Positions 38,490-51,828 are shown, numbered from the stretch's first letter. The stretch: 64,000 nt of DNA from Octopus vulgaris (GCA_951406725.2 OX597824.1:69688001-69752000); one strand, 5' to 3'. The notes: generated by a model from the letters alone, not told the origin. Translations and numbers: made by a program.

Positions 38490-38690
38490 TTTTGGCACCA
38501 GTTCAGGAAGTTTGGAGAGGGATCTAAGTTAGTTTCATCGATCCTAGTTCTAAATTGATACTTATTTTATCGATACCGAAAGGATGAAAGGCAAAGTCGA
38601 CTTGACGGAATTTTAACTAGAACTTGCAGACAGATGAAATGCCGCTACGTATTTTGCCTGGTATGCTAACGATTCTGCCAGCACGCCGCC
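38490..38690 (-). mobile_element. Family-C SINE
   Basis: CCGAAAGGATGAAAGGCAAAGTCGAC core on the minus strand. Confidence 0.82.
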
Positions 38691-38784
38691 TTACTTGCAT
38701 ACGTATATTAACAATGTGCCAGCGTATTTTGCGATACGTTACCAGTGAGTTTAGGATCCAGTGAACCATTCTAGTTAAATCCCC

Positions 38785-39102
38785 GGCGTACAGCTCAGTC
38801 GTTAGAGTGTCGAACTCACAATCATGATGTAGTGAGTTCGATTCCGGGATCGGGCTGTGTGTTGTGTTCTTGATCAAGACACTTTATTTCACGTCGCTTC
38901 AGTTCACTCAGCTGCAGAAATAAGTTGTGACGTCACTGGTGCCAAGCTGTAGCTTCCTTTGCTTTTCCCTTATATAACATCGGTGGCATGGAGAAGGGAG
39001 GCTGGCATGCATGGGCGACTGTGGGTCTTTCATAAACAACCTTACCCGAACTTGTGCCTTGGAGAGTAACCTTCTAGTTGCAATTCCATGGTCGTTCATG
39101 GG
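38785..39102 (+). mobile_element. SINE, head 2 (CORE-like) / tail 4
   Basis: Matches reverse complement of 55429-55753. Confidence 0.88.
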
Positions 39103-39229
39103 TTTTTTTTTACTCTTTATATCTTCTCCAATCTGCACACTGGGAAAGAGGCCAAAGTACCGAGTCTGATCCACCTTATATAATTTAAAACTCAGGAAAT
39201 ATTTCTAGTGTTTTTATGGGATCTTTTCC

Positions 39230-39435
39230 TTTTGAACGGCAGTTTTCAACACAATTTCTAGTTAACTAAACACTTTTGATTGGTTAAAATTCGAAAAATT
39301 AAACTACGTTAAACTTACAATTTTCTCAAGAAAGCCAAGAGAAAAAAAATGTTTTATTTTGACACATTCTACCATTATACGAAGTTTAAAAGTGTTTAGT
39401 TAACTAGAAATTGTGTTGAAAACTGCCATTCAAAA
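39230..39435. mobile_element. MITE-like element, 48-bp inverted repeats
   Basis: Arms 39230-39277 and 39388-39435, one mismatch; right end abuts the CR1 fragment. Confidence 0.75.
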
Positions 39436-39444
39436 ATGCCTTTC

Positions 39445-40143
39445 TTACCGATCAGGTAAAGGACCTGGGTATCTTGGTGGATTCCTCCTTTTCGCCTTCG
39501 GCCCAGTGCGTCCATGCTGCCAACAAAGCACGCGGAATTCTGTTCTTGATTCGACGGTCATTCGGAATGCTCACAACAGCCATATTCCTACCACTCTATG
39601 TCACGCTGGTGAGACCCATATTGGAGTACGGGATTCAAGCCTCTTCTCCTTATCTCCTCAAAGACATACAGCATCTCGAAAGAGTCCAGAGGCTGGCTAC
39701 CCGCATGGTTCATGGTCTCAAAAATTTGTCCTATGAAGAAAGGCTGAGGACGCTCCACCTTTATTCTCTTGAAAAACGCCGCCGCCGTGGTGATCTCATT
39801 CTCGCCCACAACATCATAAGCGGAAAGTGTAACCTCTCGAAAGAGCTGTTCTTCACTCCTGCTCCAGAGCGTCGGCTGCGGGGTCATTCCGAAAAGCTCT
39901 ACCTGCGCAATTTCATCTCAATCGAAGGAGAGGAGCTTTCTCCGTCCGGGTTGCGGATCCGTGAAACAAGCTGCCAGACGAGATGGTGAAGATGCCGACG
40001 ACCGCTTTGTTCAAAGCCTCCCTTGACTTCAAGTGGCCTGAACTCTTTACATGAACACCACCCTGTACTTAACTCCATGTCCCCCTACATGGCCTTGCTA
40101 CTTGCTTTTGAGCCAAATTAACTAACTAACTAACTAACTAACT
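39445..40143 (+). mobile_element. CR1-type LINE 3' fragment (RT C-terminus)
   Basis: DQVKDLGILVD..AANKARGILFLIRRSF..LVRPILEYG..LERVQRLATR..SYEERL; frameshift near 39907; (TAAC)n tail. Confidence 0.95.
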
Positions 40144-40846
40144 ATACACATATTTTGAATGAAGCAACAGCTTAATAACTTCAAAATATCAGTGACGTCT
40201 TCAAGAGAACGCGCACCCGTAGAAGCTACTATCTAAAATGTTTATAAAACCTGATCACTAGGCCGCCATTTTAGTTTCATCGCAACTCTACTTAAACCGC
40301 CCATCCACCCTACAACTCTGTTTATTTTTCTTTTTACAAACGCGGGGCTGGTGGGGGTGGACGGAAGTGCTGAATCATGGGTATTGTCTTTGTTTTTTTT
40401 AATTTCATTATATGAATATATATTTTATTTTGTCTTCGAGAACTTTAACGATGATGATCTTTATTAGCTAAAGCACTTTAGCAATTTACATTTAACAGTG
40501 GCACGAACACTGTAACAACACGCTTCGAACAATTCGCTTCTACCTCAACCCCAACTCATCCTGCCACCCCCTCCTCCACCACCACCACCACCACCACCAC
40601 CACCACTATAATCACAATCTTCCACACCGTCACCGTTGCCGCACAAGTAAACCATATACACAGACAAACACAAAAATAAATAAAACAAACAAATAAACTA
40701 TCACACACACTCACACACACAATGGCAGACATAAGCGAAAAATAATTCGTTGAGCCACGTGTCACGTGTCCAGATATTAATGACGTTTTGCACAAGTGAG
40801 CGAAAGAGTCAGCCAACGTCAGATAGCGAGATAGCGAGATCGAAAT

Positions 40847-40942
<96 letters not shown>

Positions 40943-41304
40943 ACACCACACACACATCACACTCACATAGACTTTCACTTTCGCGGAGAAAAGGAGGAAC
41001 TGGTTTTATTTTGATATCAATATGGTATCATATTCCCCAACGAAATAAGGAACGCAACTGATATCTGACGGTCCAACGTACATGTCTTTCAGTTAGTAAT
41101 GAAACGGGGAGGGGGGACAAGAAAATGATGGAGAAGAGGGGGAGAAAGAGGTGAAGAGAAAGAGTCAAACAAGAAGATATTATCACTAAATGTAACATTG
41201 TATTACATGAATGTATATTATTTTATAGTATATTGTATTATAAGAAACTGTTATCATAAACCACATTTGTTATATTTATATCACACTATTGTCATTATAA
41301 CAAA

Positions 41305-41682
41305 CTAGCAGTATCACCCGGCGTTGCTCGGGTTTGTTTTGACCCTTTAGCACTGGAATTTTTGAAAAGTAAAAATTTTGCATTATGTAGCTTTTTATAC
41401 TCTTTGAGTGAACATTTTTCTTGTTGAAATACACCGAAAAATGGCGGTTTTTCATAGAAAAAATAGGGATTTTCATAGAAAAAAAGCACATTTTTTATGT
41501 AAATAATTTTTGGTGTTAACATGGTCCGATTTGAATTTTTTCTTCTACGGAAGGAAGAGCAAGACTTCTTCTATCATACTCTCAATTTTGGTCAACTTGC
41601 GCTGCTGGGTCTCGGAGGAGATAGTGTTAACTGAAGGCTACCAAACCTGCCATACACAGGCAACTTCAGCTTTATATATATA
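41305..41682 (-). mobile_element. Non-autonomous Helitron
   Basis: Minus-strand 3' hairpin CCCGAGCAACGCCGGG then CTAG|T; both ends resemble 56914-57429; 5' TC not visible. Confidence 0.75.
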
Positions 41683-41716
41683 TTTAGTTATACACATTAT
41701 TATTTTTCACTAGGTT

Positions 41717-41900
41717 AAGGTTGCGAACTGGCAGGACAGTTAGCACGCTGGGTAAAATATTTACAGGCATTTCGTCCGTCTCTGAACGTTTTCAGTTCAG
41801 ATTCTGCCGATGTCAGCTTTCCCTTTCATCCTTTCCGGGTCGATAAAATAAGTATCAGTTGAGCAGTGGAGCCGATGTAATTAACTTTCTCCTTCCCCGA
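41717..41900 (+). mobile_element. Family-C SINE
   Basis: Core CCTTTCATCCTTTCCGGGTCGATAAAATAAGTA. Confidence 0.8.
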
Positions 41901-42227
41901 ATTTTGAAATCTATATTTCTATGCCAAAATTTGAAATCTGTATTTCTATGTATGTATGCATGTCTATATAGATATATGTATGGCTGTATGCATGGTTATG
42001 TGTATTTAGGGATATTATGTGAAGTATATTTGCCACTTAAATGTAGCTAACCCTTAAGGCTGGGCGCTACTGTTGCTTGTAGCCCCAGGAGGACACCTCC
42101 TCCAGCTGGCTATTGACACACAATTGCCTTATAAAGCGTTTAATATATAGTGTATTGTATATTATGGTTGCATAACGAAAAACTATGTCCCTACAGGTCA
42201 TTAATATCTAGGAGTCCCATAAATGTC

Positions 42228-42435
42228 TTTTACTTGTTTCAGTCATTAGACTGTGACCATGCTGGGGTACCGCCTTGTAGAATTTTAGTCGAACGAATCG
42301 ATCCCAGTTCTTATTATTTTTTATAAGCCTGGTACTTATTCGATCGGTCTCTTTTGTCAAACTACTAATTTACTTGGACGTAATCACATCAACACCGGTT
42401 GTCAAGTGGTGGTGGGAAATAAGCACAGACACACG
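42228..42435 (-). mobile_element. Family-B SINE 3' half
   Basis: TTTTACTTGTTTCAGTCATT..CCATGCTGG. Confidence 0.82.
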
Positions 42436-42474
42436 CACCTATGAATATATATATATATATATATATATAGGACG

Positions 42475-42940
42475 GAGTTCAATATAAGAAGTTTTTTTTG
42501 AAAAGGGTGAGATATAGGTAGTATAAAGAGAAATACAACAAAGCCTAGGTAGTGTGAAGTTTCTAGGACATTTATAAAGAGAAAAGTAGTCTTACAGGTG
42601 TTTTGGGGATATGAGGGATATCCATTTATCAGAGACGATATGAGCGAGTTAAATAGATGGAAATAGTAGATGAAGGGATATCCCTCATAATTTGAAACAG
42701 CTGTAAGACTACCTTTCTCTTCATAAATGTCCTAGAAATTTCACACTGCCTTGGATTTGTCGTATTTCCCTTTATGCTTCCCCTTTCCAAACTAACTTCT
42801 TATATTGAACTCTACTATTCCTCTTTATTTAACTCCCTCATATTGTCTCTGATGAAGGAATATCCTTCATATCCTTGAAACAGCTGTAAGACTACCTTTC
42901 CCTTTATAAATGTCCTAGAAATCTCACACTGCCTTGGCTT
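42475..42940. mobile_element. Retrozyme/pLTR-like repeat: ~183-nt HHR monomer, 1.5 direct copies plus one inverted copy
   Basis: GAAACAGCTGTAAGAC at 42694 and 42877; 42475-42670 is the reverse complement of one complete monomer. Confidence 0.8.
42845..42892 (+). ncRNA. Type I hammerhead ribozyme motif, intact core
   Basis: GTCT CTGATGA AGGAATAT ccttc ATATCCTT GAAA CAGCTG TA AGAC; GUA site, predicted cut after 42888. Confidence 0.85.
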
Positions 42941-43813
42941 TCTTGTCTCAATTTATTTAACATATACCTGCTCACACACGACCCACATTTGACTCCTCAC
43001 TCATACCATTATCGATCCGAGAATCTAACTACGGTCCTCACGTAGTACTTACATAGCCTTATCTGCCATTTTTGGTCTCCTGGATACCAAAACCTCTCAT
43101 GTATGTATATATATATATAGGTCTTTCGCAGAGGCACAAATTCAGAAATTTAGTTGGTGTGGCTAGTCATAACGAAACCTCTGTGAAAGAATACAGCAAT
43201 ATATCTTGTCCAGCGCTCAAACGATTCCGCCAATATTGCATTATAATACTACATTATGCTAAAATACACACAATAAATAGATTATATAGCATATGTACAT
43301 TGTATTATTCCATATTTCATATTAGTCTATATATTTAGATAAGGGTTCTGAATTTCTTTAGCCACATATCAGTTTCCATCGAGCAAGTTTATGATAAAAG
43401 AGGATCCAACTATGACCAGCCACCCTGTTGTTTTTCTTTTGATGCTCACTGCAACATCATATATCCATTTTAATTTTCCTTTCCTTATTGAGACGGACGT
43501 GTATAACTTGAGGGAAATTTGGCTGCCATTTCTAGTAGGATTAATGACCACGTAAAAAACTCGTTAGCTAGGTATATTATTAATATCAGGTGTACTGCAC
43601 ACTTCAGCGGAAATGAAAGACATCATCCATCTTGATGACATTTCCCACTCGCACGATTGGGTTTCATGTACGGGTATGGTAAGGGACTCACCGAGATGAT
43701 AACTGAAGCACACAAAGTACGCACATACAGACACAAAAACACAAAGAACACGCACAGACAAACACATGCATACACACACATACACACACACGCACACACA
43801 CACTTACATACAT

Positions 43814-43889
<76 letters not shown>

Positions 43890-44334
43890 TAAGTATTTTA
43901 TTGAAGGTAAAAGGAATTTGCAATCTACTATTCAGTACATGAAACTCTGAGTAACAAACTGTGGAGCCTTTCAGCTTAAACGAAATATCACTGTACTCTA
44001 CCTTTGGTATTTGAGTACTATTTTCCCACTTCTTTTTACACTATGTGCTCACGCGTGTGTACATAATATAATAATATAATGTAATGTAATATTATATTAT
44101 ATTATATTATATCATATTATATTAAATTATATTATATTATGATATGTTATATTACATTATTTTATGTTATATTATGTTACATTATAATAGGTTATATTAT
44201 ATTACATTATATTATATTATATCATTCAACAACGGTAGTAGTTGAATAATATTCTTAAGGCCGCAATTTACTCACACGCAGCTTCTTTCAGAGCTCACTA
44301 ATTCATTTTTTAACCAAATGGAAAACCGTTAACA

Positions 44335-44482
44335 TTTTTACTTAAAATATTGTAGCTAAAGATATAATATTTTAATTAAATAGAAGTAATAACTCGTAAT
44401 AAAATTTCTAAAAGCTAATATTTTCTAAATCTAAATATTCCATTTGAAATTTTATCCTTAGCTGCAATATTTTAAGTAAAAA
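44335..44482. repeat. 34-bp inverted repeat (MITE-like) inside an (ATTAT)n tract
   Basis: Arms 44335-44368 and 44449-44482, three mismatches. Confidence 0.65.
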
Positions 44483-44931
44483 TTTTCTTGTTCTGTACTT
44501 TACCAGATGTAATAACTTGCCCTGAACTTTTACAAGTGTAATAACTTGTCCTGTACTTTTCCAGTTTTATAGTCTTAAGAATATTATTTCTCTTGCTCAC
44601 ATTTTTCCATGTAAATAAATTATGTTATATTATGTTATATCATATTATATTATATTATATTATATTATATTATATTATATTATATCATGGTATATCATAT
44701 TATGTTATAATATATTATATCATGTTACATTATATCATGTTATATTATATTATATTATATCATGTTATATCATGTTAAAGTATATTATATGATATTATCT
44801 TATGTTATACTCTTTTACTCTTTTACTTGTTTCAGTCATGTGACTGTGGCCATGACTGAAACAAGTAACATGGATCCCAAGATCCATGGACGAGTTCTTT
44901 CCAACGGAAATTGTCCCACATCATCGCTGCT

Positions 44932-45082
<151 letters not shown>

Positions 45083-45522
45083 TGTATGTATGTATGTATG
45101 TATATATATTCAAATATTTTGTTAGAAGCAACGCTTTAATGTAGGCATAATGAAAGTCGTACTTAAGGTTTGTCTATCGTTAAAGACTTTTAGGCTGAGT
45201 ATTTCCACCTGGGAATGTCTCATTAAAAACGTACAGTGTTAAAAACACACTATACATCAAAGCCAAGCTAAAGAACCACCCAGGAGACGCAAGAGAATGA
45301 CAAATGTCGATATTTAGCAGTTATTTCTGCTCATCGATCCTGTATATTCCGTTCACCTTCGAAGCAAATTCAATCGTCAACATGAAGCATATTCAGATAG
45401 TAATGGTTCTATCTATTGATGTTCAACATGGCCTCAGAAGCAAAACAAAATTCAAATGTTGTGTTTGAAGCAACTCTACAATTTAAGCATGCATGTATAT
45501 ATGTGTGTATGTATATGTCAAT

Positions 45523-45917
45523 AGGAGTGGCTGTGTGGTAAGTAGCTTGCTAACCAACTACATGGTTCCGGGTTCAGTTCCACTGCGTGGCATCTTGGGC
45601 AAGTGTCTTCTGCTGTAGCCCCGGGCCGAACAATGCCTTGTGAGTGGATTTGGTAGACGGAAACTGAAAGAAGCCTGTCGTATATATGTATATATATATG
45701 TATGTGTGTGTGTGTGTGTTTGTGTGTCTGTGTTTGTCTCCCTAGCATTGCTTGACAACCGATGCTGGTGTGTTTACGTCCCCGTAACTTAGCGGTTCGG
45801 CAAAAGAGACCGATAGAATAAGTACTGGGCTTACAAAGAATAAGTCTCGGGTGTCGATTTGCTCGACTAAAGGCGGTGCTCCAGCATGGCCGCAGTCAAA
45901 TGACTGAAACATGTAAA
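45523..45917 (+). mobile_element. Family-B SINE
   Basis: Matches 18611. Confidence 0.92.
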
Positions 45918-46014
45918 AAATATATATATATATATGTATGTATGTATATGTATGTATGTATTGTATGTATGTATATGTATGTATGTATGTATGTATTGTA
46001 TGTATGTATGTATG

Positions 46015-46046
<32 letters not shown>

Positions 46047-46060
46047 CATCTCTCTCTCTC

Positions 46061-46101
<41 letters not shown>

Positions 46102-46115
46102 ATCTTTATTTTTTA

Positions 46116-46370
46116 TCTTTTACCTGTTTCAGTCATTAGATTACGGCCATGCTGGAGCATTGCCTTGAATTTTTAGTCGAATGAATCGATCCCAGTACGT
46201 ATTTTCTTAAGCTAATACGTATTCTATCGGAATCTTTTGCCGAACCGCTAAGTTACGGGGACGTAAATACACCAACATCGGTTGTCAAGAGGTGATGGGG
46301 AAACAAGCACACACACGCACACACATACACACACACACACACACACGCACAAACACACACACACACACAT

Positions 46371-46407
<37 letters not shown>

Positions 46408-46560
46408 CGACGGGCTTCTTTCAGTTCCCGTCTACCAACTCCACTCACAAGGCTTTGGTCGGCCCGAGGCAATAGAAGCAGACACTTGCCAAAGTGCCAC
46501 GTCGTGGGACTGAATCCGAAACCATGTGGTTAGGAAGCCAGCTTCTTACCGCACAACCAC
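46116..46560 (-). mobile_element. Family-B SINE
   Basis: Reverse complement match. Confidence 0.9.
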
Positions 46561-46731
46561 ATAAGTATGCATGCATGCAAGTAAACCTGCTCAAGATCGC
46601 TTATCAGCACGATAAAATGTCAATTACTAGAGAGTGCTCAACTCAGGAAGAAATTAAAGATACTAAGACGTTGAACCATCATCGGTAGTTTATGGCAGAG
46701 GAATCCAACCATATATACACTCACACACACA

Positions 46732-46773
<42 letters not shown>

Positions 46774-47327
46774 AACACTCACACACATATATACATACAA
46801 ATATGCAACAGCCACACACTTAAAAAAATATCAACATATACATCTATCTGCATGTATGTAAGAATACTTCAATCTGTCTGTCTACCTGACACCCGATTTG
46901 TCTGTCTGTCTGACTGGCTAAGTGTCTACCTGTCTCCATGTCTGTCTGTATGTATGTATGTATGTATGTATGTATGTATGTATGTATGTATGTATGTATG
47001 TCTACATGTGAGCGTTTGTGTGTACTTCGGCGCAGGATGAAGAAAATCGGTTTATGAAAAAAAAAAAAAAAATCTTTCGTTATTTATTTCTTTCCAAATT
47101 TATTGCCTTTCAGCTGCTCCAGTTACTATTACTGTTATGAAATCGATAACATACATACAGGACTGACTCAGGAGCAGTCCGTATAAGGATATAACTAATT
47201 CAGAAAAGTAACAGACGTGTAACGAAATGATTTGGCACATCAGCTAATTAACACAGAAAAGGACTGCATATAAGCAGTGCAATCGACTATATTACAATAG
47301 ACTATATATATATATATACTCTCTTTC

Positions 47328-47744
47328 TCTTTTACTCTTTTACTTGTTTCAGTCATTTGACTGCGGCCATGCTGGAGCACCGCCTTTAGTCGAGCAAATC
47401 GACCCCGGGACTTATTCTTTTTGTAAGCCCAGTACTTATTCTATCGGTCTCTTTTTGCCGAACCGCTAAGTGACGGGGTCGTAAACACACCAGCATCGGT
47501 TGTCAAGCAATGCTAGGGGGACAAACACAGCCACACAAACATATGCACACACACACATACATATATATATATACATATATACGACAGGCTTCTTTCAGTT
47601 TCCGTCTACCAAATCCACTCACAAGGCATTGGTCGGCCCGGGGCTATAGCAGAAGACACTTGCCCAAGATGCCACGCAGTGGGACTGAACCCGGAACCAT
47701 GTGGTTGGTTAGCAAGCTACTTACCGAACAGCCACTCCTGCGCC
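47328..47744 (-). mobile_element. Family-B SINE
   Basis: Reverse complement match, close to 18611. Confidence 0.92.
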
Positions 47745-48195
47745 TATATATGTTCTATAGCAATACATGACATACATGTGGGTTTGCTTTTCGTTTACGT
47801 AAGCAGGGACAAGATGGCCGTCTCGAGAAAAGCAACAATATGTTTCTAAACAGCATTTCGAATAAACAGACATGCGACCAAATTCAACATGTCTGGTTTC
47901 CAATGTTGCCTCACGGCTGTAAAGGCCTTTCATTGTTTGTGTATATTTATATATGTACGAAGTACCTGTGGTCGTTTATTTGCTTTTGTCACCGTCCTTT
48001 CCTTTCGCTCTCTTTATTTCCCCAGGAGCGTTTTGCTATCGACGCTGTCAATATGAACAATTTTACTGTTTATGGCGCGAAATTGATATGATACTTTTTT
48101 TTGGGGGGGGGACGATAAATGATGATGATAATTCACACACATCCTGTGTGAATTATTCGAGTTCCTTTTTCGTACTTCTGCGTAATTATTGTATC

Positions 48196-48250
<55 letters not shown>

Positions 48251-48438
48251 CTATCGGTCTCTTCCTCTCTCTCTGTCTTACTCTCTCTCTTTCTCTCTTC
48301 CCCACACATATTTATATACGTGTATGTGTGCGTGTGTGTGTGTGTGTGTCTGTGTGTGAGTGTGTGTGTGTGTTTGCGTGTGTGTGAGTATCCGTGTGTG
48401 CGTATAGGAAAAGATATATATGTATATATATACATATA

Positions 48439-48474
<36 letters not shown>

Positions 48475-48741
48475 TATATATACATAAACATACACACACA
48501 GAGTCATACACACACAAACATATATATGTATATATATACATATATATGTGTGTGTGTATATATATACATATATATTTTTTTATACACATACACACACATG
48601 TAAGTATGTATATATATATATGTATGTTTATATATATGTATATATATATATATGTATGTTTATATATATGTATATATATATATATAAATATATATGTATA
48701 TATATAAGCATATATACATATATATATATACATATATATAT

Positions 48742-48793
<52 letters not shown>

Positions 48794-48794
48794 T

Positions 48795-49640
48795 AGGGAC
48801 AAACCCGTTGTATTTCAGGCTTCCACCACTAGAACCTACTTGAAGCGACCCTCTGGCATCAGTCTGCCGATCAGTGTGGTCGCGTGGAGTTGTACTACGA
48901 CGTGGTGCCTCTTTGTTTTGCAGTAATTCTCCCTTGTCCGTCGATTTTTGCGATGGCTGAAGCGAAGGAACAGCATGCTTCCGTGAAATTCTGTTTTCTG
49001 CTGGGGAAAACGATGGCTGAAACAGTTATCGTGGTTCAAACAGCTTACACGGACGCTGCCATGAGCAAACACAAGTCTACAAGTGGTTTTTACGCTTTAG
49101 GAATGGTCACTCGTCGCTTGAAGCTCATTCCCGGACAAATGAAAACAACACGAAATTTCACTATCTTGGAGGGCCGTCACCGAACAATTCACGAATTTTG
49201 TTGATATAGCAGGTGTTTTCTGGAGCACCTGCCAACTAATTTTGAGCTAAGAATTGCGAATGAAAAGTGTTGCAGCAAAACGTTTGTATCGCTTGCTTAC
49301 TGAAGGTCAAAAGCAGTCACCACAAAATGCGTGTCATGAACTGAAAGAGCAGTTGGGAGGTGATGGGGGTGTTTTTTTCTTTCTTTTTTTGAAAGCTGGT
49401 GCTACGGAATTTGCAGATGTGGAAGAGGTGAAGAAAAAAAAAAAAAAGAAACGACGGAGGCGTTAAAAGGCATCACTTGGCAAGAGTTCCAGCACTGCTT
49501 CGGACAGTGGAAAACGCGTCTGGGCCGATGCATTGCTTCAAATGGAGAATATTTTGAAGGCGATAAAAGTGTAAACATCTAAAACCTAAGTGAATAAAAT
49601 AACATTGCAAAATTCCGGTTTCTTTTATATACATCGTCGT
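48795..49640 (+). mobile_element. Internally deleted mariner element
   Basis: N-terminus EQHASVKFCFLLGKTMAET..AY.DAAMS and C-terminus FGQWKTRLGRCIASNGEYFEGD; catalytic DDD region missing. Confidence 0.88.
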
Positions 49641-49666
49641 ATATATATATATATATATATATATAT

Positions 49667-49911
49667 ACTCTCTTTTACTCTTTTACTTGTTTCAGTCATT
49701 TGACTGCTGCCATGCTCGAGCACCGCCTTTTACTCGAGCAAATCGACCCCAGGTCTTATTCTTTGTAAGCCTCGTACTTATTCTATCGGTCTCTTTTTGC
49801 CGAACCGCTAAGTTACGGAAACGTAAACACACCAGCATCGGTTGTCAAGCAATGTTGGGGGGACAAACACAGACAGACAAACACACAAACACACAAACAC
49901 ACACACACACA

Positions 49912-49952
<41 letters not shown>

Positions 49953-50120
49953 ATATATATAGGACAGGCATCTTTTCAGTTTCCGTCCACCAAATCCACT
50001 CACAAGGCTCTGGTCGGCCCGAGGCTATAGTAGAAGACACTTGCCCATGGTGCCACGCAGTGGGACTGAACCCGGAACAATGTGGTTGGTAAGCAAGCAA
50101 CTTACCACACAGCCACTCCT
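49667..50120 (-). mobile_element. Family-B SINE
   Basis: Reverse complement match. Confidence 0.92.
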
Positions 50121-50269
50121 ATTTGATATTCAATATTTCCTCCATTCAATAAGACAATCAATACTTCGTTTCATTATACTATATATTCTTTTTATACTAT
50201 ATATACTATATGTTCTATATTCTACATTAATATTATAAAGAATATAAATAAAACATAAAAAACAGACAA

Positions 50270-50690
50270 GGTACAGGAGTGGCTGTGTGGTAAGTAGCTT
50301 GCTTACCAACCACATGGTTCCGGGTTCAGTCCCACTGCGTGGCACCTTGGGCGAGTGTCTTCTAGTATAGCCTCGGGCCAACCAATGCCCTGTGAGTGGA
50401 TTTGGTAGACGGAAACTGAAAGAAGCCTGTCGTATATATGTATATATATATGTGTGTGTGTGTGTATGTTTGTGTGTCTGTGTTTGTCCCCCTAGCATTG
50501 TTTGACAACCGACGTTGGTGTGTTTATTTATGTCCCCGTCACTTAGCGGTTCGGCAAAAGAGACCGATAGAATAAGTACTGGGCTTACAAAAAGAATAAG
50601 TCCCGGGGTCGAGTTGCTCGATTAAAGGCGGTGCTCCAGCATGGCCGCAGTCAAATGACTGAAACAAGTAAAAGAGTAAAAGAGTAAAAG
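50270..50690 (+). mobile_element. Family-B SINE inserted into a copy of the 8746-8909 repeat
   Basis: Flanks are colinear with 8746-8909. Confidence 0.92.
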
Positions 50691-50736
50691 GTTGGAATTT
50701 ATTTGAATAATATATATATATATATATACATACATA

Positions 50737-50775
<39 letters not shown>

Positions 50776-51076
50776 TACTTTAGACCCGAGTTTCTTTTTA
50801 ACTCAGAGGATCCATTTAAGTTTTTTTTTTTAAGTATAATTGTGATTCTCCATCATTTCTAGTCACTCCCCACAATTGTCATAGATCCTATTACATTGGT
50901 CATTACTCAGATTCTGCTCCATCGCTCCCTCCCCTCTACCTCTCCCACTCTCTCCCTTCTCATGTTTCAAGTTAACAGCTGTTTGCACTTCTCAAGAACA
51001 TCTTGACAAGCAGTGCTGAAATCGTACACTCTTCTTTAAACACATACATACAAACATGCAAAAATTCATATGTATG

Positions 51077-51107
<31 letters not shown>

Positions 51108-51120
51108 TTACTAATTTGTG

Positions 51121-51155
<35 letters not shown>

Positions 51156-51159
51156 GTAT

Positions 51160-51219
<60 letters not shown>

Positions 51220-51609
51220 ATAATATATATATATATATTATAAATAATATAATATAATAATATAATATATATGTATATATATATACATACACACATACAC
51301 ACACACACACAAACACACAAACACACACACACTGGACAATTACACTGGGATAAAGAGGGGGCGGTAAATTTTCTTGGCGGCTATAAGTGTGTTGCACACA
51401 CATACATGCATGTATATATGCACACATATTTCATTTGCATGCGCATACACCCACAAACACGCACGTAGACATCATACACCCACATATATACATATTGCAA
51501 CAAGTAGTTCTACTATTTCTCTTTCATTCCACCCTTGTCTTTCGTCCTCTCTTTCCCTCTTCTTCTCTACCTCTCTCTCACTCTCTCATTCTCTCTCTTT
51601 CTTGATATG

Positions 51610-51657
<48 letters not shown>

Positions 51658-51739
51658 CATATATATATGTATGTATGTATGTGTGTGTATGTATGTATGT
51701 ATGTATGTATGTATGTATGTATGAATATATATATGCATG

Positions 51740-51790
<51 letters not shown>

Positions 51791-51795
51791 ATCTA

Positions 51796-51828
<33 letters not shown>

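Noticed and set aside
42045-42125. GC-rich structured segment tested as an HDV-like or twister ribozyme
   Set aside because: Hairpins exist but the required pseudoknot pairings could not be formed.
45150-45300. LKTFRLSISTWECLIKN, possible RTE remnant
   Set aside because: Too short and degenerate to call.
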